Assembly: GCA_023213395.1 (NCBI GenBank)
Contig: CM041465.1
Location: 223,393,741-223,457,740 of the forward strand
Length of the DNA: 64,000 bases
Reading direction: 5' to 3'
From: Cycas panzhihuaensis
Lineage: Eukaryota; Plantae; Cycadophyta
Positions 28,737-41,300 of the stretch are shown in pieces. Made by a program: the position numbers and the translations under genes. The notes under the pieces are model-generated. The model was not told the DNA's origin. It did not search any database and saw nothing but the letters and a program-made list of their open reading frames with translations. Every line of letters begins with the position of its first letter. Position 1 is the stretch's first letter.

Positions 28737-30200
28737 AAAACTCCTTCACCCATTGATTATGCACCCATGAAGTTGGATAGTTTTGGGATGCTTGCATGTA
28801 ATTTTGATGAGTCTTACATACTTAGAGGTGAAGAGGAAGAGATGAGCCACTCTCAACCAAAAGTGTGGAGGGAGACTATCACCTTTGGAGTTCAGAACAT
28901 GGAAAGAAATAATCTCAAAGGAGGAGAAGTTTGTATATTAGGGATATCAAGTCTTGGTTAATCAACATTCCTTTCAGAATGAGAAGTATTTGTTCTCATG
29001 AAGGGATGAGCTTGTATGCTAGCAATGTCAAATCCTAGATGATCAAGAACCTCCTTACCAAGAGAGTAGAATACAAGGAATAAATAATAATAAAGACCTA
29101 TTTGCACATCTAGATTGAATGAAATTAAAAAGGACCAAAAGCGCACAAATCTAGTAATCAAAGTAGAAGCACTAGTCTTAATGTAAGTAGATACATATAC
29201 AAAGTATAAATCCTTTTCTTCTTCTTTCCTTTTTTTTTTTTTTAATGAATTGCCTAAGATATAATCAACCTTAACATACCATAGAATGTGATCTAAGTTC
29301 TTGTGTTACTCTTATATTTATCCTTAATGCTTATTCTTTTATTTTGAAAATAAAAATGAAGAAGAAAGATAAGTATTCAACACACCATCAAGAGAGGAAA
29401 GGACACGATATGCTCAAGGTTGCTCTTAATTCATTCTCCCATTTTCCTTTTGTGTTGTAATTAAAGGAAAGTAATAAGACCACATAAATAGAAGGAAAAA
29501 TTTTAGAAAGGAATGAAGGATACGAAAAGTAAATGAAATGGAAAGTAGGTGTATCTTTCATCATTTTGAAGAACTTTTCCTATAGCCCTTTGATGATCTC
29601 AAGTGTGATTTGCTTTAATAAAGAAGTTCCTTCACTTGTAATTATAGTAATGATAACAAATTAGAATTGAATCAATGAGCATAAAAAACTTAGAACTCTA
29701 TGAGGTGAGGCTATAGATTTCCTATAAAATCCCTCCCACGAAGCCACTCACCTCCTTAGAGAGAGGTCATTAGCATTAAGGCTATGTGCAAATTTTTCCT
29801 CTAGTGATAAGTAGCAGATCATAGTAAAGGAAGTCTAAACTCAAAGATAACAAAAAAATTTAATCAAAGAAATACATAAATTCTTTAGTAAAAGGCATTC
29901 ATATCTAGGTTCTTTTAATACATAAAAAGAATTAAGATAAAAACTATAAGTACAAGTGTATATTAAAACAAAACTATCAAACTTGAATGGGAGAAGGAGA
30001 AGGCTATTTAGATTTATGCTCCAATGACTCTTAAATGCTATAAGGGTAGCTCTAGTTATAAAAGTATGAGAGAAAAGGTCTTGGAGGTGAATGAGAAACC
30101 AAGAAATAAGATATGACTAAAGAGAGAAGGAGAAGATGGAAGAGAATGAAGCAAAAGGAAGAAGGAAAGATAAGAAACGAGGTGTACATCCTTTGATCTT

Positions 30201-30634
30201 TGTTAGGATTATTAATGTAACTTTATGTTATGTCTTATTTAGTCACATGTGTAAATGATTATTTAAGTGATTCCAATGGTTCATGTTTAAAAGTTAATTT
30301 TATATTATATGAAAGGTCATTGAAATGCATAACCACACATTTCAATGAACCTCTCTTGTTATTTATATCTTCTCCTAGATTCAAGGAGGTGGTTTCAAGA
30401 ATCTAGGAGGCTATCTAGAAGCCGGTTTCAAGGATGGTTTCATGTATTTAGTGGGTATCTTTAAGGTCTATGTGTTAGTCTATTTGATTAATAATTTTTA
30501 GCTTTAGGAGGTGGTTTTTCTTCCCTAGAAGGGGTTTTCCACTTATCAAACAATGTGTACCTATGCAATGTATCTTTCCTGTGCTTTTACTATTCCTATG
30601 ATCCTGTGACATTGTACATGTGCCTATTCTAATA
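30201..30634 (+). repeat. 5' LTR of copia
   Basis: TGTTAG...CTAATA, directly followed by the Met PBS. Confidence 0.95.
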
Positions 30635-33150
30635 TGGTATCAGAGCAGGGTTTTGAAATAGGTTTTCATAATTGGATTTTGATACAAGGCTGTAGCCTGT
30701 CGCTGTGTAAGCATTCGTACCACACGCACCATCACCACTGCTCTAAAACAAAGAAATAGAAGAATAGAGTCACCCACCATTGCCATGGAAATAACGTCTG
30801 AAAAGGAGAAATAAAATAATGGAGAAGATGTCCACCATTGTTAAGGGAACGAATTCTAAGATGTAAGACGGAGAGTCAGAGAGACACTCATCACCATTCA
30901 GAAACAGAAAAACGTTCTGCATTTGCTCTCCACCATCAGATGTCAATCATTCTCAAAAAAAGAAATGCAGACTTAATACTGAAAGATGCCAACGATACCA
31001 GTCCCCATGACTCTCAGACTAAGACTCCGCCAAATCATCCATGGCTCTGCCTAACACACTAAAGATAGAGAAACGAAGCTAAGAAATGAAGTTGAGGGGT
31101 TTAAACATCACCCTTGTCGCTGCTTCTGCAAACCCGACACACAGAGCACTAGGAGAGCCATGTGTCTGCACACTACGTATGGAGAATGTGGTCACATGCA
31201 AGAATTTGTAGGTATTTCTCCCCCTGTGGAATAAATCCAAGCGAACCATACACTACAAATCACTTAGCAATTTAATGCCCCTGCCAGACGTCCACCATCT
31301 TCTTAAACAGAGATGCCCATACGGAAGAGACGCCCTACGAGATGCCCAGATGGAGTAGAAACCTAGATGCATTAACATTCATAGCCAATGGAGATGCCTC
31401 GTAGAGACAGAGAAGATGCCCAGATGGAAGAGACACACCTCATGATGAAATGCAGTTGAGCCAACAAAGTCGTAAACCACTCCACCAAAGCATACATGGT
31501 TCACACTCTAGAAACTCACGGCTCTCAGATGCAGATATTAATTGATCAATGAAGCTCCCACGACACTTTGAGAAGAAGTAAAGCAACATCGAGCGGGTTC
31601 CAACTCGAAGGGTAGATGAAAACTAAAGACTGCATCTGCTCACTCGCCACCCTAAATACAACAGGAGAGGGCTCAACAGTATTTGTGATGGCTTCTTAGT
31701 CTGACAAGGCCACACTTAATGAATAAACGAAGGAGAGACAGAGAGAACCTGTAGTCACCACCGAGTCCCTGCAACCCTAGCCGTCGCGAGGAAATTGAAG
31801 TGAAATAGGTAGGGTTTTGATACCTTACCCCCCCCCAGACCTCAATCTACTTTTAATTTTATTTTTCTTTAATAAAACTGATAAAACTATCGGGTTTGTG
31901 TTATGAATTTAGTTTATATATAGTTATATTTATATATATACATAAAAATATAATCTTATATATAAACTAAAATAAACCTTATGTTATATACAAACCAATG
32001 TTACCCTCCATATATATATTTAAACTAAAATAAACATTAGGATATATTTAAATTACGAACCCCCCCTACACTTTATAATTACCCCTTTTTAATTTACAAA
32101 TTAAAACTTTCCTTTGTTAATCAATATTAAGTAAACCTTTAATATGTATTATCACTTAATCATATATACCTTAGGGTAATTAATATAAACCCTCTTTTAT
32201 TACACTCTAAAATCAAATCAATCTCCCCATACATTTTATCAATGATCTATAAACCTGCCCCTTAACTTTAATGTTAAAATAAGTACCCCTCCACACTTAA
32301 TTACTCAATCTTTCACAAGTAAGATATAAACAAAATCCCCTCCCTTTTAATTATTTAACATTAAAATAAATCCCCTCCCTATTATATATATATTTTAACA
32401 AAGGTATAGATTATTTTTTAACTTAGACAAAATACATCTTTATGTATTAGTCTAATACCTTAGCTTCTTAACATATAATCTATCTTCTTTCTTTATAACG
32501 TTTTTTGGTTAAAACTTCTACCCACATTTTATTAGTTTATATCTTATATATAAGTTATTTATAACCTTTAACAATCTTTTAAAAATTATACATACATACA
32601 TACATACATACATACATACATAGAAAGCCTAATTAACTTAGGCTAAATTCAATATCTTCTAAGTCTCCTCATTCATTATAACACAATATTATTAAACTCT
32701 TTTTTAGATACAAACTTTGTATAAATTTTATTAAATAAATTACCTTAATATTTTAATCAATAAAATTTCCTTTAATTTAATTTGCTAAATAATCAATAAC
32801 TATAATCTTCTCGGAATCTAAATTTTTTAGGTAAACACTTACTTTTAAAGGGGACTGTTTATTTTTCAGGTTAAGGGGGATTATCTTTTTTTTAAGGAGG
32901 GATTATCTTTTTTTAAAGGGACTGTTTATTTTTTAGAGGGGGACTATTTTCTAAGTAAAAGAGGAACTATTTCTTTAAAAAGTGACTATTTTTCAAAAAG
33001 GGAATTATTTATTTGGAAATATATGATTTTTTTTTATTAGTATGATTTTCATTATGCCTTGTTAATTTAATGTTTAGTAACTTTGATAAGTAATTATTTT
33101 CACCTACCTTCATATTCTTCAATCTTCAATCAAACTTTATAAGTCTAAAT

Positions 33151-36100
33151 ATGGCTTTAATGCCAGGGACAACTACCTGCGTTCCACTTTCAGTGTTAAC
33201 CAACTCAAATTATGCCGACTGGAGGAATCACATATCCCATTAGCTTAAACAAAACAAAATATGGTGATATGTGACATGTGAATTTAAAAAACTAAAAGAT
33301 GAAACTACATAAAGTTATATGGTATATCTGATGAACTTAGATTCAGCCTTAGGCACCATATTAAAATCACTTTTACCAGAAATCAGTTGATAGTTTTCTG
33401 AAATAGATGACCTGGCCACTGTCTGGACAACTCTACAAGACAAATATGATATGGTTGATACAAATCAATTAGTTATCTTAGAATAGTAATTGTATGACTT
33501 TATTTATGATGATTTTACCAATGTTGAGGATTTTTTATGTAAATTTTAATTAATTAATAAAGGCCTAGGTAACTGTATTAAATCTAAAACTAAAGAATGT
33601 GATATTGAAAAAATAATCATGCATGCTAAAGATGACGATACACTCATCCGTCTTGCAATAAATAAATTTCTAAAACATTTTAATTTTTTCAAAACTGCTA
33701 GACAACAAGCTGGAAATCCTCCTATCACCTTCAATCAGTTGACAAACTAACTGATTGAACATCAAACAATGTCAATTCAAACAGGTATATTAAAAGATCA
33801 TTCCCAAGCTTTGTTTTCCAAAACTAAGCCACAAAATAAAAATAAACAACAGAACAATTCTAATCCAAAAATTCAGAAACCCCATAGAGGTTCTCAATTT
33901 AATTCTTAAAACAATATTAAGTATTCTAGTCCATCTAAACATCAGAATACTCCTAATTAGTCATTTCCTAATCGGAATAGTGTAAATCCTTCTCAGAACA
34001 CTAGTTGTACCTATTATCATAAAAGAGGCCATACTATTGATGTCTGTAGAAGTAGAATAGCTTCAGAGGCAAGGAAAGTTTCTAAGGGATTGCAAAACTA
34101 GCCTTAATCATGACCTCAAAACCAACAAACTCTCAATAGTTCTCTAATAGCAACAACTTCTGCATTTGTTGCTCTAACTAATCAACCACCACAATGGATC
34201 TTTGACTTTGGTGCATCCCATCACATGATAAGACACCAAAAATATTTATCCACTTATCAATCTGAAACTAACTCTGAAGAAGAGATTTCTTTTGGAAGTG
34301 GAACTCAACTTAAAGTAAAAGGATCAGGTGATGTTACCTTAAAAGATGGTTTGATAACAGACATCTTCTACGTACCGGGTTTGTTACCAAACCTACTTTT
34401 TGTTTATCAAATCTGCCAAAAAGACCTTGTCGTTGAATTCTGGAAAGATAAATTTATCATTAAAGAGTCATTAAACAAATTTAAATGTACTGCCTCAGGA
34501 CTTGTTGATCATAACATAGGTCTCTATAGTTTAACAAGTTTACAAAATAACAAAATAAAACCCTTCAGTGCCTTTATCATCAAATATGACTCAGTCAGTA
34601 AACTTTAGCATGCATGATTTAGCCATACAAGTTATGGCAAATTTCAATATCTAAAAAAACATGAAATGATTCATGGTCTTCCATCCTTAAACACTATTTA
34701 TGGTGTTTGCAAAGCCTATGTAACATGTAAGTAACACATGGACCCGTTTCCACATAAAACACAATTCAAAGTGACAGTTCCACTTGAACTTGTTCACTCT
34801 GACATTTGTGGTCCTTTTTATGTAACATCATACTCTGACTCTCATTATTTTATTACATTTATTGATCATTATTCAAGAAAATGTTGGGTTTACATGCTCA
34901 AAGCACGTAGTCAAGTGTTTGACATTTTTATTGAATTCAAAATGCTTGTTGAAAACCTATTAAACTCAAAAATTAAAATTTTTAGATCTGATAATGCTAA
35001 TGAATACTTAAGTGGTAAATTCATTTCTTTCTGTAAAAAGCACAGAATTTAGTTCTAGCATTTCGTTGCATATACTCCTCAACAAAACGGTGTTACTGAA
35101 TGTAAGAACCATACTATTGTTGAAATGACTCATTGCATGTTACATGCAAAGAATCTTGAGCTAAAGTTGTGGGCAGAAGCTATTAACTACTCCAACTATC
35201 TTCTAAATCGTTTACCTAGCAAATGCCTACAAAATATCACTCTAAAACAAAAATGGTCTGGTAGAAAACCCTCAGTCAATCATTTATGAATCTTTGGAAG
35301 TATTGCATGGGGACACGTCCCTAAAGAAAAATATAAGAAACTAGATCATAAGAGTCAAAAATACATCTTCGTTAGATACAACAAAGAAAGTAAAGCATAT
35401 AGACTCTTGGATCCAGTCACGCATCAAATTTTAATTTTGTGTGATGTAATATTTGATGAAGAAGGATATTCTTCAACCTCCACTTATGTAGAAATTCCAA
35501 TTGAAAATTTGTTAACCAACACATATTTAGTTGACCCCTCTGATAAATAAGTTGATACAGAAATTATAGAATCCTTATCTACTCAAGTCCAGAATTGGAC
35601 TCTATCCAAATCTACTAAAATAGATTCTTCCTCTCAAGCTAGCTCTTCAAGTCAACTTGTAACTACAGAAATAGTTACCAACAAATAACATGTATGGACA
35701 ACAAAAATGCTTGTTGATGTTGGATCTAATATTGGTAATCCTTCAGATACCAGGTAAACTCGTGCCTAAAAATTACATGCTAACTATGATTTAATGGCCA
35801 AAATAATGGACATTAATGATCCCAAAACCTTTAAGCAAGCTAGCAATAATCTTATATGGTAGGAAGCTATGCAAACTGAATTTGATATTTTAATTAAAAA
35901 TTCAACTTGGGATCTCATACCACTCCCACCTAGGAAAAATGTAGTCAACTGTAAATGGGTTTATAGAATAAAATACAACTCAACAAGCGCAGTTGAAAAA
36001 TATAAAGCTCGCCTAGTTGCAAAAGGATTTTCTCAAATTGATGGCATTGACTATAATGAAACCTTTGCCCTTATTGAAAATATGAATACGATTAAAATAA

Positions 36101-37361
36101 TTATTACTCTAGCAGCCAAGTTTGGTTGGGAAATCCATTAAATGGATGTAAAGAGTGCATTTATGAATGGTGATCTCAAAGAAGAGATCTACATGTCTCA
36201 GCCACCAGGCTTTATTGATAATCCTAATTTAGTTTGTAAACTAAAGAAATCTATTTATGGATTAAAACAAACTTCTCGAGCTTGGTATACTAAAGTTGAT
36301 GATTATGTAATTCAAATTGGATACACTAGATGTATTAGTGATTCAAACCTATATTTCAAACATGAAAATGAAAATATTACTATTTTAATCCTGTATGTTG
36401 ATGATATCATAATCACTGGATCATCAACTAATAACATTTATTATTTAAAATCTACTTTAATGAATAAATTTGAAATGATCGATCTAGGTATCCTACATTA
36501 TTTTCTTGGATTACAAATTTATCAACATGATTTAAAAATCACTATATCTCAACCTAAATATATTTTAGACTTAATTCAACGATTTAACATGGAAAATGCT
36601 AAACCTATCTCTAATCCATTACAATCATGTATAAAATTATCTACTGATTGTTCATCACCTTTATGTGATCCTAGATTATATAGATAACTAATTGGTAGTC
36701 TTGTTTATTTAACTCATACCCACCCTGATATATCCTATGCTGTCGCTTTATGTTTACGTTATATGCAACAGGCACATGAATCACATTGAAAAGCTGCTAA
36801 ATGTATATTACAATATCTTAAAAACATTATTTTTATGGTCTAACTTATAATTTTTGCAGTAAACCTCTAACTTTAACTAGATATACTGATTCAAATTAGG
36901 CAGATGATACGAATGATCGAAAATCTACATCAGATCATGTATTTTTTATAGATTCCTCACCTATTACTTGGTCTAGTAAAAAAATGCAGGTACTAGCTCT
37001 ATCAACGATTTAAGTTGAATATCACATACTTGTTGAAGCCAACAAAGAAGCACTTTGACTCAAATACCTTCTAAATGAAATTGGTTTATCTCTTAACTCT
37101 TCCATTGAACTTAAAGTTGACAATCAATGTGCTATTGCTATTGCTACAAATCCAGTTTCACATTCTAGAACTAAACATATAAAATTATATCAGCATTTTA
37201 TTCATAATCTTATTACTAATAACATTGTTTATTTATCTTATTGTCCAACATATCTACAGGTTACTGATATACTTACAAAGTCTTTGACTGAAGTCAAGTT
37301 TCTAAACCTTTAAGATCTACTAAAGATAAAAGAAGTCTCCATCAAAGGGGGATCAACGTGA
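33151..37361 (+). pseudogene. Copia gag-pol pseudogene (gag, PR, INT, RT, RH)
   Basis: LTNSNYADW (gag), CTYYHKRGHTIDVC knuckle, WIFDFGASHHM (PR), LELVHSDICGP and FRSDNANEY (INT), KARLVAKGFSQ, MDVKSAF, LYVDDII (RT), RTKHI (RH). Numerous stops. Confidence 0.95.
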
Positions 37362-37408
37362 TAAAGACCTTCTTTTTCCATATCATAAAAGTTAACATTA
37401 AAGGGGGA

Positions 37409-37842
37409 TGTTAGGATTATTAATGTAACTTTATGTTATGTCTTATTTAGTCATATGTGTAAATGATTATTTAAGTGATTCCAATGGTTCATGTTTAAAA
37501 GTTAATTTAATATTATGTAAAAGGTCGTTGAAATGCGTAACCGCACATTTTAACAAACCTCTCTTGTTATTTATATCTTCTCTTAGATTCAAGGAGGTGG
37601 TTATGAGAATCTAGGAGGATGTTTAGAAGCTGGTTTCAAGGCCGGTTTCATGTATTTAGTGTGTATCTTTAAGGTCTATGTATAAGTCTATTTGATTAAT
37701 AATTTTTATCTTTAGGAGGTGGTTTTTCTTCTCTAGAAGGGGTTTTCCACTCGTCAAACAATGTGTACCTGTGCAATGTCTCTTTCCTGTGCTTTTACTA
37801 TTCCTGTGATCCTGTGACATTGTACATGTGTCTATTCTTAAA
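37409..37842 (+). repeat. 3' LTR of copia
   Basis: Follows the PPT and aligns with 30201-30634. Confidence 0.95.
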
Positions 37843-38373
37843 ATATTTAAGTACTTCAGTCTAAAGTTTATAAATTTCTTTTAGTAAGAGGTCTCCAAGC
37901 TCTCAAGATTGGTCTTCAAAGGATGGGTCTCCAATCTAGAAACATTTTATTTCATAAAATTCTCCCTATTTTCTTAAGAAATAAGTAGGTATTTATAAGA
38001 GAAATGGGGGTGAAAGGTTAGGGAAAACCAAGGGAAACCTAAGCCATAGTTTTGTAGGAAACTATGTCCATATGATAAGAAAAAATACCTATCATTATAT
38101 TTTTTTTCACATGGAAAAATTGAAAACTATGATAAATATTTAAACTATGACATATAAAAAGTAATTAAAGCCATGACTTTAAAATATTGTCATAATTTAT
38201 TAAGAAGGTTATGGTTTTAGATAATAGAAAAACCATGATGAATAATAAAAATTGTAACATAAAACTTGAGCAAATTATCAAAAATCATAAAAAATTTGAA
38301 AAAAATATAGTGAGTTTTCTTTTTAGGATCATTAGGTAAGGCCAACGAGGGGGTAAACAGAGTGATGACATTA

Positions 38374-41300
38374 AATGAGTTTGTGATGAAAGTGATTGAT
38401 CAACAAACCATAGGATTAAAAATTTGTAAATATCTTGAAAAGAACTTAAGTTATGCTTTGAAGTGAGCTTGGGAGTGGCATATGAGTGAGCATGTTAAAC
38501 TCTATACATCATAGAAAGTGATAAAAACAAGCACAAACACAAACATAATAAAATCAGATAGTCATCCAATCATCATATCAATCAACAAATTAATCAATAT
38601 AAATAACTAATCAAGCCCTAGTAACAACAGAGTAAGGTATAAGACTTGCCATATGAAAAGGAGCGAAACTAACTGCAATAGGAAGGAATAGTCCAATGTT
38701 AAATACAACCTCATTAATGTGGTTTCAAACAATTCATAGAGTGGCAAAAGAATTAGGATTTTCTTGACTTCCTCTATTTGTATGAATAAAATGTGTCATA
38801 TAAATAGGCTTATGGTATAAAGATATAATTTGATGGATATGGGAATAAACATGAATTAATCAATAAGAAGAACAAAAATGGTAAGGTGAGGGCTTTATGT
38901 TTTAGTAAAGACCAAGTTAAGGTAAGGCATCCAAGAATGGTAATTTTATAATCTCACTCCATCTAGCTATAACATCTCTTTTATTTGTATCAATCTAGCC
39001 TACGATCTAGTGAATGATAACATGAAGCTAGTGCAAACTTCCATCACTAAACTCATGAGTTAAGATTATATATGTGCAATTGAATAAGTCTACGATTCAA
39101 TAAATGACATTGTGTGACAATGAAACCAATCACTATTGAACCCATAGAGAAGTTGATGATATAATCAAATAGAAGTTGGCAATTCAACGAATGACATGCG
39201 AAACTCATAAATGGATCATCGATAAACCTATCAATGTGTTGAGAGTATAGATAAAAGATAATACTTTCTCTTTTCCTCCTTTTTATTAAAAAAAAAATAA
39301 ATAAAATCTTATGTAACACATACACACACACATATAGTGGGCCAAATCTATGATTTAGTGAATGACTATGCGAGACTCATAGAAAACTAGTCCATCACCA
39401 ACCCCATAGATAGAATGATAATCTCATTTGGTCCAACATAAGGAACTCAACATATGAGAGTTACTTCGAGTGTAAGTGAGGAGAAATTAGTCCATTCAGG
39501 GATGTATACTCAATTACGTGAGCATTTAATAGAACATAAATCTCATCATAATCATAATGTTTTCTTTTTAGAATGATCCATAAGAAGAATAAAGGATGTT
39601 CCAGTCAAATTTTTAAAAATTAAACTTTTAGTCTTATATATGTGCATGTGGAATATATATGAATAGTGAAAATTGAATAGGCTAGGTATTCTTAGACTAT
39701 ATGAGTTGCAAGAAAATCACATTAGTAAAAAGTGTAAAGGTTCTTTTCCTTTTAAGCAACAAAGATAGGTATCATGAGTAAAAACTTTCAAGGAAAATAT
39801 AAAAGAGAGGTATGGCAAATAAATGTCAAACATGAAGGTTAATGTAAATATTACCTATGAAAAATTTTGAAATATATGATATACCTATAGAAACAAAGTA
39901 TGAATACTCCAAAGAGAAATAAATTCTATTTGCTACATAGAGGAAACAGACTCATAAGTATCATAATCATCATTTCCATATTAGTGTATATAAACAAATA
40001 ACTCCATTTCACCTTTTTATTTTCACATGTAACTAATAAGATTTCCATAATCATTTCAAGGTAGTTTTAGTGATTGTGAGAACTACAAGCATCATTATGC
40101 TATTTTTTAAGAGCATGTATATATCATTTTGATTTGTTTTAAGACCAAAAATGAGTTATACATAATTAATTGACATTTTTATATGACAAATGAAATTTGT
40201 TTAAATTTTGTAGTGTTTTAGTATAAAAATGTATGAGATTTATTATAGTTTAATCTCTCCAATAGTTAGATTTTTAGAGTTGTAGTTTAACCTCATTATG
40301 AAATATAAATTTTACTCTTATGGCAGTGCATGTGACTTACCATAGTTTAGGCTCTTTACTAGTTAGATTTTTAGAGTTATAGTTTATCCTCATTATAGAG
40401 TGCAAATTTTCATGTGTAACATTTTAGTCAAATCTAACCCTAAGAATAAATAGTGTAGAGGGTTAGTTCAGACTATAGCATGTGTCGTGTTTCTCAAAAG
40501 ATAATGCCTAAGTTTCTTCAATGTAAAGATCAAAGCCAAAGAATGTTTCTCTATCTAGGTATAATCTAACTTTGATGCCATTAAAGTTTGGCTGATAAAA
40601 TAGATGGCTCTTTCATTACTTGAATTGTCCTCCTAGGTAAGCATGCCCCTTAGTGAAGTTTCAATGGGAGATGTATATAGGAAAAAGGGTTGATTAGATT
40701 GAGGTGGAATTAACATCAGTGTAGGTATTAAAGTTTGTTTTCATTGATTAAAAGCTTGTTGAACTTCAAAAGTCCAAACAAACAAGGTATCCTTCTTAAG
40801 AAGGTGATTAAGAGGTCTTGTGATAGAGACAAAATCCTTAAGGAAACATTTTAGAAAACTAAGATGTCTTAAGAAAGATTTAACTTATTTTTGTCTTTTA
40901 GGAGGTGACATTTATAAAATGTATTTCACCTTGTTAAGATTAGGGTAAACAACATCATGAGAGATAATAAAACTTAAGAGTTTGCTTACTATAACAACAA
41001 ACACACACTTATATTTATGTGAATAGAATACTTTACAAGCATTCAAATATCAAGTGAAGGTCATGGATGTAATCTCCACATTTGTGTAAAAGACCTAACA
41101 TGTCATCAATATACATTTAAACAATTTCATTAATGAGGTCATGAAAAGTAATTTGCATAGCATGTGGATAAGTAGCTCTTGTATTCTTGAGATTGAAGGG
41201 CATTACTTTGTAACAAAATATTCTCCAAAGTGTAGTAAATATTGTTTTGTGACAATTAGATTTAGAAATTAGAATATGATTATAACTAGAGAAACCATCC

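Larger units (their letters stand above)
30201..37842 (+). mobile_element. Full-length decayed Ty1/copia retrotransposon
   Basis: 434-bp LTRs 30201-30634 and 37409-37842 (about 33 mismatches). PBS TGGTATCAGAGC 30635-30646. PPT AAAGGGGGA 37400-37408. TSD ATCTT/ATATT. Confidence 0.96.
27627..38373 (-). repeat. Long (~2.5 kb net) putative 5' LTR of the Tat-like element, split by two insertions
   Basis: Starts TGATGTC next to the PBS and ends GACATTA (decayed inverted terminus). Minus-strand TATAAATA near 37987-37994. Sequence reads through once the copia at 30201-37842 is removed. Confidence 0.55.

Noticed and set aside
32845-33010. CRISPR-like array
   Set aside because: Degenerate tandem units without unique spacers, inside a eukaryotic retrotransposon leader.
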